Assembly (NCBI GenBank): GCA_000222855.1
Contig: GL995228.1
Span: 7,404 to 18,636, forward strand
Length of the DNA stretch: 11,233 nt
Reading direction: 5' to 3'
From: Succinivibrionaceae bacterium WG-1
Lineage (GTDB): Bacteria; Pseudomonadota; Gammaproteobacteria; Enterobacterales; Succinivibrionaceae
In this document: one piece after another, positions 1-7,457 of the stretch
Layout: each line of letters starts with the position of its first letter
Position numbering within the stretch: the stretch's first letter is position 1
Translations under genes and position numbers: made by a program
The notes under the pieces: generated by a model
Databases searched by the model: none
The model's input: the letters and a program-made list of their open reading frames with translations, nothing else
What the model was told of the DNA's origin: nothing

Positions 1-584
1 ACCATCAAATAAATAAGCTACAAAATATGTTATTAAATAAATTACCTTAATTACCTTACTAAAATTGTACTACAACAATAAGATAAAACTACTATTTTAA
101 CGATTGGTATCCCAATTATAATCAAATATCAACAAAAAAATGTCACATAAAGTTCTAATATATAAAACTAACACATGTCATATATATAATAAATTTATCA
201 CTATATTTAATACTAGATTTGTATTTAGTTTTTAAATTTTATTTTTTTATTCTTAGATTTTAGAGAATTTTAGTTTTTTATAGCAAAATTTATTTATATT
301 TTGGCAATCATTTTATAATAATTCAACATGTTGATTATTTGTTGATTTATTGTATTTGTTTTTGTTTAAACAATAAAAAAACTGACTATTTTTGTAGCAA
401 ATTCACATTTTTACTTACATTCGACTATTTTTTGTACAATATATCACATATTAAAATTTTGATTTTTCTTTTTTTAATTAAAGTGTATACTTATATATGA
501 ATCTAATTAGCCTGTAAAAAGATTCGACTTCATAATAAAAAAAGGATGATTTATAGATTGAGAGTTTATAAATACAACCTAAGA

Positions 585-624
585 GGACGAGTATATGACC
601 ACTAAGTACTCGTCCTTTTTTCTT
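585..624 (+). terminator. Intrinsic-terminator-like hairpin: 9-bp stem GGACGAGTA (585-593) / TACTCGTCC (607-615), 13-nt loop, then TTTTTTCTT (616-624). No + strand gene lies upstream, so its role is unclear; it may be bidirectional or the end of a small RNA.
   Basis: Perfect inverted repeat read directly from the sequence, followed by a T-run; it is one of the few GC-containing stems in a ~760-bp AT-rich non-coding stretch. Confidence 0.4.
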
Positions 625-710
625 GCCAAAAACAAAGATACAAAGATTATAAATATTATCAAAGTATTATAATTATACTGTTATTATTAACCTTTCCTAA
701 ATAAAACAAA

Positions 711-744
711 AGAATAGAAGTTTTAACACTCCTATTCTTTTTTA
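711..744 (-). terminator. Candidate intrinsic terminator downstream of the 764-2059 gene: stem AGAATAG (711-717) / CTATTCT (732-738). T-rich on both sides (TTTTTT 739-744 on +; TTTGTTTTATT on the minus strand).
   Basis: Inverted repeat with flanking T-runs, placed 20-50 nt 3' of the minus-strand stop at 764-766. The loop is rather long (14 nt), so confidence is moderate. Confidence 0.4.
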
Positions 745-763
745 ATGTTAAACAGATAAAAAA

Positions 764-2059
764 TTATTTTATTCTTTCTTCAGTCTTTGTAGTATGCGTG
801 TATTTATCAGATTCTTTTAGGTTATGAAAACTTTCAAAATCTAAATAACTTTGAGCTTCTACAGCACTGCTTACATTAGAGTGATCACTAATCATACAAA
901 AATGTACAACTAAAGATATCACAATAGCTAGAAAATAGCTTACGCCCCAAATTACAGATTGCTCTTCTCCTTCTAAGAAGTAACACATTGCTATATATGT
1001 AACAATTAAGAATAAAAAAGAACTCAAAAAAGATGATAAGAAAAATTTACCCCAACTTGTTGGTAAATTACCAACCATCTTACCTGTTTGACCGTTCATT
1101 GCAAAAATAAAATCTTCGCCATTCCAAGTATTTTTTACAATCCAGATTGGAAATAAAGCATATTTTATTTCTCTGTCATTGAATTCAATATTGTAATTTT
1201 TAATTTCAATTCTATCGTAGTTACCAATATTATTTCTTACAGTTGTCAAAAATGATTGCACTAAACGTTTCTCAAAACGCGGATATAAATCATCAAAATT
1301 TACATCATACTTCTGAGCGTCATAACCTGATAGATAAGCAGTTTTAAAATCTAATGCTTCTAAAGTATTAAAAGGCTCAATAGAGTCCATTAAGCTATCA
1401 TCCATTTCGCTAGATGCGTCAGCAGGAATATCATTAAAGTCCATTTTACTATGACGAAACACACTATAATGATCACTATAAACTATTTTTCTATCAGCTA
1501 TTCGTTCTGTACGAATATTTTTAGCCGCAAAATTTACTTCCCCATCAGCCTTACAACTTAGTAACCAAAATGGTACATACACTGAATGTATCTCATTTTT
1601 GGTAGCAGTTGTTGCAAAACTTTTAGGCACAAATGACTTGGTAGTAATATGTTTAGTGTAAGCTTCTTGTACTGCTTTTAAATCAAGTTTAAAAGGAATA
1701 ATAACGTCAGGTTGAGCATCCTTAATCTTATTAGTTAAAATTATAGGACTACCACAGAAAGGACATTTTTCTGATATTGATGTTAAAGCAGGAGTAATGG
1801 CACCACCGCATGATTTACACACATACGTTGCTTGATCTTTATTCTCAATATCTTCACCTGTTTCAGGATCTTTATCGAGTTCTGTGGCCCCATCTTTTAT
1901 ATCAACATTATTTTTTGATTTTTTATTCTCAGCCATAGTGTCATATTCTTCTTGTGACAGTACACTGTCACAAAAAGGACATTTTAGCTTCTGAGTTTTT
2001 ATATCAAATTCAAAAGTGCCACCACAAAAGGGGCACTTATAACGTTCTGCATCGCTCAT
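764..2059 (-). CDS. Zinc-ribbon-containing membrane protein. The N-terminus has two paired CxxC modules (CPFCGG..CPFCDS and CKSCGG..CPFCGS). The C-terminus has about two hydrophobic helices (FFLSSFLSSFLFLIVTYIAMCYF, VIWGVSYFLAIVISLVVHF). Likely partner of the upstream SPFH protein.
   Basis: 431-aa ORF. CxxC...CxxC pairs are visible in the translation. A GAGG ribosome-binding site lies 5 nt upstream of the ATG and only 8 nt after the upstream gene's stop, indicating translational coupling. Gene content resembles Zn-ribbon/membrane proteins that accompany COG4260 SPFH proteins (e.g. B. subtilis ydjG/ydjH); the fold assignment is inferred, not searched. Confidence 0.6.
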   Translation of the reverse strand: MSDAERYKCPFCGGTFEFDIKTQKLKCPFCDSVLSQEEYDTMAENKKSKNNVDIKDGATELDKDPETGEDIENKDQATYVCKSCGGAITPALTSISEKCPFCGSPIILTNKIKDAQPDVIIPFKLDLKAVQEAYTKHITTKSFVPKSFATTATKNEIHSVYVPFWLLSCKADGEVNFAAKNIRTERIADRKIVYSDHYSVFRHSKMDFNDIPADASSEMDDSLMDSIEPFNTLEALDFKTAYLSGYDAQKYDVNFDDLYPRFEKRLVQSFLTTVRNNIGNYDRIEIKNYNIEFNDREIKYALFPIWIVKNTWNGEDFIFAMNGQTGKMVGNLPTSWGKFFLSSFLSSFLFLIVTYIAMCYFLEGEEQSVIWGVSYFLAIVISLVVHFCMISDHSNVSSAVEAQSYLDFESFHNLKESDKYTHTTKTEERIK

Positions 2060-2067
2060 AAAACCTC

Positions 2068-3342
2068 TTAGAGCTTGTTACCACATTGCGGACAGAATTT
2101 TGAAGCAATACCTTCAATTGTAAAACCACAATTTGGACAAGTTGCGCTTGAAGTTTGAGGTTTTGGTTTACCGCATTCAGTACAGAATTTACCGGTGTTT
2201 ACGGTGCCACATGCACAAGTCCATCCAGCAGGAGCTTCAGGCTTTTTATTACCACATTCAGTACAGAACTTACCTGTGTTTACAGTGCCACAAGCACAAG
2301 TCCAACCATTAGCTTGAGTTGGTTGTTGTTGCTGTTGCGCCATTCCAAATAAGCTTGCCGCATTCATGTTTCCGCCCATGCCTTGTGCAAGTCCCATCCC
2401 CATAAAGCCATTCATAGCACCATTGGCGTTTCCTGCAGCAGTCTTTAATGCATCAGCTTGAGCAGCAGCAGTTTGCGCAGCTGCTAACGCAGGATTTGCA
2501 AAAGCAGTAGCACGTTGTAAAGTCTTTAAGAGTTCTTGTTCTTCTTCTGGTAATGAAACTGAATTTAATGCAATTGAGAATACTGTAATACCACGTTTTG
2601 ACCACTTTTCATTAAGAACTTTATTCATGCTTTCACAAAGTTCATCAACGTGTTGCGGAATTGCATATGGTCTAATGTTTAAATTAGATAAAGCACCAAA
2701 TGCTTCATTTAAACCACCAACAAACTCTTGTTTTAATGTTGGAAGAATAGTTTCCTTTTCATATACATCTGCAACGTTACCACCTAATTCTCTATAAAAA
2801 GAAACAGGGTCTGTAATCTTAAATGTAAACATACCATTGCAACGTACAGACAAGTCCATATCAATATTTATATTTCTATCAACGATACGGAACGGAATCG
2901 GATTTACTGTACCAAACTTATTATCAACAATTTCTTTAATGTTAAAGTAGTACACACGTTGATCAGTTCCTGCAAGACCGCCCATCTTAAAACGTTCCCA
3001 CATTGTACCAAGAACATCTTTTACTTTTTGAACGTTTAATGGACCATAAAATACAGTAGGTTGAGCACCTTTATCATAGGTATAACGACCAGGTTCTGCA
3101 GCTACTTCTGTTACAATACCTTGGTCTACTACAATTGCACATTGACCATCTGCAACAACAATACCAGAACCATCAGATATTACATTATCACTTCCATCGG
3201 TATTTGAAGAACGGCTACTTGTATTCTTAAATCCCTTAACCATAAGAGTGTCATTATCTAATGAATTACAAGTAAAATACTCTTTCCATTGATCGGCTAA
3301 AGTACCGCTCATTGCACCAATTGCTGCTTTAATTAAACCCAT
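2068..3342 (-). CDS. SPFH/band-7 (stomatin-prohibitin-flotillin) family protein with a Gly/Ala/Gln-rich linker and three C-terminal zinc-ribbon modules (COG4260-like; resembles the flotillin-like YdjI associated with PspA in Bacillus).
   Basis: 424-aa ORF. The N-terminus MGLIKAAIGA... and the overall SPFH-like pattern are typical of COG4260 proteins. The C-terminus has WTCACGTVNTGKFCTECG twice plus CPNCG...CPQCG. A GGAG ribosome-binding site lies 7 nt before the ATG. Confidence 0.7.
   Translation of the reverse strand: MGLIKAAIGAMSGTLADQWKEYFTCNSLDNDTLMVKGFKNTSSRSSNTDGSDNVISDGSGIVVADGQCAIVVDQGIVTEVAAEPGRYTYDKGAQPTVFYGPLNVQKVKDVLGTMWERFKMGGLAGTDQRVYYFNIKEIVDNKFGTVNPIPFRIVDRNINIDMDLSVRCNGMFTFKITDPVSFYRELGGNVADVYEKETILPTLKQEFVGGLNEAFGALSNLNIRPYAIPQHVDELCESMNKVLNEKWSKRGITVFSIALNSVSLPEEEQELLKTLQRATAFANPALAAAQTAAAQADALKTAAGNANGAMNGFMGMGLAQGMGGNMNAASLFGMAQQQQQPTQANGWTCACGTVNTGKFCTECGNKKPEAPAGWTCACGTVNTGKFCTECGKPKPQTSSATCPNCGFTIEGIASKFCPQCGNKL
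2171..2309 (-). repeat. Intragenic tandem duplication with period 81 bp (27 codons), encoding two copies of the WTCACGTVNTGKFCTECG zinc-ribbon module.
   Basis: 2171-2228 and 2252-2309 are near-identical at the DNA level (ccgcattcagtacagaatttaccggtgtttacggtgccacatgcacaagtcca vs ccacattcagtacagaacttacctgtgtttacagtgccacaagcacaagtcca). Confidence 0.7.
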
Positions 3343-3551
3343 ATCTATGCTCCAACTAAATACGTCTTGATTAAATCAAATAATAGAAGTTAAAACCTTG
3401 TTAAATAAACCGTAATACAATATATATCAAAATCTCTCTTAAAGAAAAAAAATCATTTAATAACGTGGAGTTGTTAAAAAAATAATACTAAAAACACCAT
3501 ATATATTTTGAAAAAGATTGATTATAAGAGTTAAAAATTTCTTAATAAGCC

Positions 3552-3595
3552 AAAAAAAACTACTATCATAACTATGTATGATAGTAGTTTTTTGG
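3552..3595. terminator. Bidirectional intrinsic terminator: near-perfect 19-bp palindrome AAAAAAAACTACTATCATA / TATGATAGTAGTTTTTTGG. It serves the AGCS symporter gene (minus strand) and insulates the SPFH operon promoter region.
   Basis: A-run, stem and T-run, symmetric, located 28 nt 3' of the stop at 3623. Confidence 0.65.
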
Positions 3596-3622
3596 TTAAA
3601 TAATATCGCTATATTTGGCTAA

Positions 3623-5017
3623 TTAATTTGCTTGTTTATCTAAAGTTCTTTTTGAAAGAGTTGAACGAAGATGATTAAAATAAATAGCAGTTTCTTCATA
3701 AACATGCTTTCTTAAGAAGAATAAAGCAATTAAATTAGGGAATGCCATTAAACCATTAAAGATATCAGCAAGAATCCATACTACATCTAATGTCATGAAA
3801 GATGCACTTGCAACTATTGCAATATAGATAACACGATAAGCATAGATTACTTTTGTACCAAATAAGTACACAACACTACTTTCAGCGTAATAATTCCAAC
3901 CAATTGTAGTAGTAAAAGCAAAAAGTAATAAACCAATGTTTATTACATATATGCCCCAAGATTCACCTAAAGTATCAGAGAATGCTTTAGTAGTAATAGC
4001 AGCGCCATTTAATCCTTCAATGTTCCAAGTATCTGTTAAAACAATAACTAAACCTGTAAGCATACAAACAATGATGGTATCTAAAAATGTACCAGTCATG
4101 TTTACAAGACCTTGTTCGGCAGCATATTTAGTTTTTGCAGTAGCAGCTGCAATTGGTGCAGAACCTAAGCCTGCTTCATTTGAGAAAATACCACGAGCCA
4201 CCCCAAAACGTAATGCCATTAAAATACCAACACCTGTAGCGCCACCAACACATGCATCAAAACTAAATGCTGAACTTACAATTTGATATATTGCATTAGG
4301 TAACAAATCAATCTTCATAATAATAATGAAGAGACAGCCAACAATATAGAATACTGCCATTACAGGAATTACTTTGGCACTAAAGGCAGAAATACTTTTT
4401 AAACCACCTAAAGTTACTAAACCAACTAAAGCTGTAATGATGGCACAAGAACCAACAGAACTCATACCAAACATAAGTTCATTAGCTTGTACCATAGAGT
4501 TAATTTGACAGTATGTACCAATACCAAAGCAACCTGCACCAATTGTAAATAACGCAAATAATGCTGCTAAAGATTTACTGTGTAATCCATTTTTTATATA
4601 GTACATTGGACCACCACAGAATCTTCCTTTGGCGTCCTTTTCACGATATTTTACAGCAAGTAGACATTCTGCATATTTAGTTGCCATACCAAAGAAAGCT
4701 GCAACAAACATCCAAAATAAGGCACCAGGTCCACCCATATGAACAGCTGTTGCCACCCCTACGATATTACCAGTACCAATAGTACTAGCAAGAGCAGTAC
4801 AAAGAGCAGCAAAACTTGTGATTTCACCATCTTTACCCTTTTCATCTATATGAGGAGTAAATACAAGTTTTAAAGCTTTTGGAAGATATGACACTTGTAA
4901 GAATTTAAGTGACACAGTGAGCATAATACCAATACAAAGAAGTAAAACTAGTAAAGGTGCGCCCCAAATATAACCATCAATCGTATCTAATATTTGGCTT
5001 AACGAATCCATAATCAT
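3623..5017 (-). CDS. Sodium:alanine (amino acid) symporter, AGCS family. The probable start is the internal Met at 5015-5017 (MIMDSLSQILD...); the ORF track extends to 5056.
   Basis: Polytopic membrane protein with the AGCS signature region SFAALCTALASTIGTGNIVGVATA. AAGGAT lies 5 nt upstream of the ATG at 5017, whereas there is no ribosome-binding site before the ATG at 5056. Confidence 0.8.
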   Translation of the reverse strand: MIMDSLSQILDTIDGYIWGAPLLVLLLCIGIMLTVSLKFLQVSYLPKALKLVFTPHIDEKGKDGEITSFAALCTALASTIGTGNIVGVATAVHMGGPGALFWMFVAAFFGMATKYAECLLAVKYREKDAKGRFCGGPMYYIKNGLHSKSLAALFALFTIGAGCFGIGTYCQINSMVQANELMFGMSSVGSCAIITALVGLVTLGGLKSISAFSAKVIPVMAVFYIVGCLFIIIMKIDLLPNAIYQIVSSAFSFDACVGGATGVGILMALRFGVARGIFSNEAGLGSAPIAAATAKTKYAAEQGLVNMTGTFLDTIIVCMLTGLVIVLTDTWNIEGLNGAAITTKAFSDTLGESWGIYVINIGLLLFAFTTTIGWNYYAESSVVYLFGTKVIYAYRVIYIAIVASASFMTLDVVWILADIFNGLMAFPNLIALFFLRKHVYEETAIYFNHLRSTLSKRTLDKQAN

Positions 5018-5120
5018 TGTATCCTTGGAATATTTAATAATCTTCACATTAAACACATATTGTAAAAATCATTAAACCAATAAAAGCTTATACCAATCGC
5101 TCAACTTAGACATTTTTATA

Positions 5121-5170
5121 AAAAAAAAAATTATTCAGAATGCATAAAACATTCTGAATAAATCTTTTTA
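5121..5170. terminator. Hairpin with a perfect 12-bp stem TTATTCAGAATG (5131-5142) / CATTCTGAATAA (5150-5161), 7-nt loop, preceded by A10 and followed by TCTTTTT. Bidirectional terminator/insulator between the DGR unit and the symporter gene.
   Basis: Read directly from the sequence. Lies in a 524-bp intergenic region, upstream of the symporter start and about 420 nt downstream of the RT stop. Confidence 0.5.
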
Positions 5171-5501
5171 GATTTATTTGATTTACCAAAATTGACTGAT
5201 TTTTTGATTTAATTAGAAAAAAATAATGATAATTATTTGGTAATAAAATCAAAAAAATTTGATTATTTATATAAGACTTCTTGGAAATAATAACTTTTAA
5301 AACAATTTAAAAATAAATGTAAAAATTATTTTTCTAAGTACCAAATTAAAACTTTTTTCTTTAGTACTTTAAAGTTAAGGATATTCTTCTACTTCTGTAC
5401 AGAAGACATTATGTTTTAATTTGAAAAATTAAATAAAATAACGGCGCTATTGTACAATAAATTAACAACTTTTTAAAATTTAATAACAAGAAAACAGTTA
5501 G

Positions 5502-5531
5502 AAAAAAAATACTCACGTCTTACGATGCGAG
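5502..5531 (-). terminator. Weak candidate terminator 3' of the RT gene: on the minus strand CUCGC...GUGAG (5-bp stem including one G.U pair) followed by a U8 run (A-run 5502-5509 on +).
   Basis: Short imperfect stem plus a long U-tract, about 50 nt after the RT stop at 5581-5583. Confidence 0.25.
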
Positions 5532-5580
5532 ATTTATTTTTGATTGTGTGATTTTTATATCTATAATTATGTTTAAATTA

Positions 5581-6165
5581 TTAATGTCTAGTTAATATAA
5601 GTTTGTTTAAATATTTAGAAAATAACTTGTAACAATTACCATAAAGCAAATATCCTTTATAACTCATAACAACTTGTCTGACATCTTCATACGACATTTT
5701 TCTTTCTGTGTAATTTTTGCTTAAAAATTTAAATTTGTTTTTAAATCTAGTTTTTGTTTGTCGCTTTACATATTTTAGGATCTTTCCTGTTTCTGTTAAA
5801 ATTATTCTAAATCCTAAAAATGTTACCCCGTTTTTTATTGGTATTATTTGAGTTTTACTGTTCAATAATAATTTTTCATCTTGAGATAACTTATTCTTCA
5901 ACAACGCTAAAGCTGTTTGAAGATACGATTTATCATGATGAATTATCAAAAAATCATCCATATATCTTGTATAATATTTAAATCCCATAGCTTCTTTTAA
6001 AAATCTATCCATGGAATCAAGATAATAAATGGCAAACCACTGACTTGTTTGATTCCCCATTGGTAAACCTTTATTAGGAGCAACTTCATAACTGTCAATT
6101 ATATCGTGAAGTATTTTTAATACTTTATTATCTAAATTTAACCTTTTAGTTTTTCTTTCAAAACA
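5581..6165 (-). CDS. DGR reverse transcriptase, C-terminal part (motifs 4-7: GLPMGNQTSQWFAIYYL, YTRYMDDFLII, thumb). The open frame extends upstream of the annotated Met to 6165, reading ...KTKRLNLDNKVLKILHDIIDSYEVAPNKGLPMGNQTSQ...
   Basis: The ORF track gives 5581-6060. My manual translation of 6061-6165 in the same frame is open and encodes RT-like sequence. YMDD is the catalytic YxDD box, and the SQ-containing motif 4 is diagnostic of DGR RTs rather than group II intron RTs (which have QG). Confidence 0.8.
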   Translation of the reverse strand, partial: CFERKTKRLNLDNKVLKILHDIIDSYEVAPNKGLPMGNQTSQWFAIYYLDSMDRFLKEAMGFKYYTRYMDDFLIIHHDKSYLQTALALLKNKLSQDEKLLLNSKTQIIPIKNGVTFLGFRIILTETGKILKYVKRQTKTRFKNKFKFLSKNYTERKMSYEDVRQVVMSYKGYLLYGNCYKLFSKYLNKLILTRH

Positions 6166-6635
6166 TCATGATCTATTGAATCAAAAAATTTTTTTATATC
6201 ACATTTAAGAAAATACCCATTATTTTGATATTTAGAATAAAATTTTCTTAAAAAATAAGTTAATCTATCTAATGAAAAATGTAACCCTTTTCCTATTCTA
6301 CAAGCACAGTTATCATAAATCAGTTTTTTATCAATCACAGGGGCTAAGATTTCATCACATAAACAATGTTGAACAACTCTATCTTGATAATATAAAGCAT
6401 GTATCAATCTTTTTTTAGGTTCAAAAACATAAAAAGAATAATAACCAGAAATTCTATACGTTCCGTTTAACAATTGTTCCCTAAGTCTTGTTAAATTAAA
6501 AGCTAATTGCATTTCAAAAGAAATTACTTCTATTTTATTATTCTTACTTCTCTTTGCTTTTCTATGAGCTTTATATAGATTTGAAAAATCTGTTAATTTA
6601 TCAAAATCAGATAAAGTAGTTGCAGCATTATTCAT
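6138..6635 (-). CDS. DGR reverse transcriptase, N-terminal part (NLYKAHRKAKRSK..., FEPKKRLIHALYYQDRVVQH, CRIGKG, YFLKCDIKKFFDSIDH = RT motifs 1-3). It ends at a stop that overlaps the downstream RT frame by 28 nt, so the RT gene is frameshifted.
   Basis: 165-aa ORF. Motif content and order match DGR RTs (Brt-like). The stop at 6138-6140 is in a different frame from the continuing RT frame (6165 to 5581). Confidence 0.8.
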   Translation of the reverse strand: MNNAATTLSDFDKLTDFSNLYKAHRKAKRSKNNKIEVISFEMQLAFNLTRLREQLLNGTYRISGYYSFYVFEPKKRLIHALYYQDRVVQHCLCDEILAPVIDKKLIYDNCACRIGKGLHFSLDRLTYFLRKFYSKYQNNGYFLKCDIKKFFDSIDHDVLKEKLKG

Positions 6636-6825
6636 AAAAAATGACTTTATAAGCGTAGTAGGCCGATAGGAGTATAAACTCTAGGTTATATAAACTAAAA
6701 AGCGTATATAACCCTACCGGCTAATATTTACCTTTTTATCTAGGAAGGAAATGATTCCTTTAGTCTCGACTCTGTTTAAATCTACTTAGAATTAAAATCA
6801 CGTTTTAGAGAACTTTGAAACTAAG
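6636..6825 (-). ncRNA. Candidate DGR spacer region between TR and RT, probably part of the structured DGR RNA that primes cDNA synthesis.
   Basis: Non-coding 190 nt lying directly between the TR 3' end and the RT start. Contains a short hairpin AAGGAA-atga-TTCCTT (6745-6760) and a direct repeat AAAGCGTA (6650-6657, 6700-6707). The functional assignment is by analogy to the Bordetella phage DGR only. Confidence 0.35.
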
Positions 6826-6939
6826 GCGGGACGAACACCAACATTTGTATTGTTAACGTTGTTGTTGTTGATGTTACCATCGTTGTTTACATTCTGTACA
6901 TTGTTATTGTTACTCCCAGGCGAGCGCAACCAATAATAA
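6826..6939 (-). repeat. DGR template repeat (TR), 114 bp. On the coding strand it encodes YYWLRSPGSNNNNVQNVNNDGNINNNNVNNTNVGVRPA, rich in AAC/AAT codons.
   Basis: Identical to 7477-7590 except at 16 positions. Every one is T on the + strand (A on the coding strand) in this copy, while the other copy has A, G or C. No indels (offset exactly 651 bp). Confidence 0.92.
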
Positions 6940-6987
6940 GAATTTTATAATCATTCCCTAGATAATGATCATATCAAAATCTAACAA

Positions 6988-7380
6988 TTATTGCCATCTC
7001 CTTCTATCAGAATTCATCCATGCTCCTAATAAATTCTGACAGTCTGTTGTCAATTTAGCAATCTGACAATATTGCTTCATGAGTATAGCATTCATTGTCA
7101 ATGCAAGTTCTGCGTAATAAGCTAACAATTTTATATTTGTCATAGCTTCTCTTTGTAATGACAATCTAAAATTTAAAGCATTAAAATCTCCCCTATTTAC
7201 AAAAACATCATTTGCTTTATATATTTCCCCTATAATATCCAATGCTAAATTTTGCAATCTTGTAACAATTGTAAATCTAAATTGTTTTGGAGATTTTTGA
7301 GTAACTGTGATTATATAACTACAAAGTTCCTTAGCTTTAGTTACGATTGATAATTCTGATTGTGGTCTACAATTGTTCAT
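6988..7380 (-). CDS. avd: DGR accessory variability determinant (Avd-like four-helix-bundle protein).
   Basis: 130 aa, placed between VR and TR as in canonical DGRs. The pattern ...LSIVTKAKELCSYIITVTQKSPKQFRFTIVTRLQNLALDIIGEIYKAN... and the basic C-terminus LGAWMNSDRRRWQ resemble bAvd / S23-associated four-helix-bundle proteins. No obvious SD; the ATG directly follows the hairpin U-tract. Confidence 0.75.
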   Translation of the reverse strand: MNNCRPQSELSIVTKAKELCSYIITVTQKSPKQFRFTIVTRLQNLALDIIGEIYKANDVFVNRGDFNALNFRLSLQREAMTNIKLLAYYAELALTMNAILMKQYCQIAKLTTDCQNLLGAWMNSDRRRWQ

Positions 7381-7386
7381 AAAAAA

Positions 7387-7408
7387 TTTATCGCGCCTTA
7401 CGGCGCGA
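7387..7408 (-). terminator. GC-rich stem-loop between the target gene and avd: TCGCGCC (7391-7397) / GGCGCGA (7402-7408), loop TTAC. On the minus strand it is followed by UAAAUUUUUU (revcomp of 7381-7390). Candidate intrinsic terminator/attenuator and/or a DGR homing-associated hairpin.
   Basis: Read directly from the sequence. A 7-bp all-GC stem is very conspicuous in this ~27% GC context. It lies 69 nt 3' of the VR end and immediately 5' of the avd ATG. Confidence 0.55.
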
Positions 7409-7457
7409 AATTCCTTTGGTCATGAATTGGATGATTTCAGATTTGAAGATTATCAGA

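Noticed and set aside
2155-2352. 65-aa + strand ORF from the track
   Set aside because: Lies entirely antisense within the 81-bp tandem-repeat region of the SPFH gene. The repetitive S/T/F-rich translation is an artefact of the repeat. No ribosome-binding site.
3936-4286. 116-aa + strand ORF from the track
   Set aside because: Antisense to the well-supported AGCS symporter gene, with no ribosome-binding site and no recognisable domain. Typical spurious antisense ORF.
5015-5056. Upstream ATG at 5054-5056 as start of the symporter gene
   Set aside because: No ribosome-binding site precedes it, whereas AAGGAT precedes the ATG at 5017. AGCS proteins normally begin a few residues before the first TM helix, matching MIMDSLSQILD.
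6141-6160. Possible programmed -1 frameshift heptamer (A AAA AAC-like) at the RT frame junction
   Set aside because: The A-rich string GAAAGAAAAACTAAAAGG does not place a canonical X XXY YYZ heptamer in the zero frame and there is no obvious downstream pseudoknot. A homopolymer indel or sequencing error is the simpler explanation. Kept as an open possibility in the RT finding.
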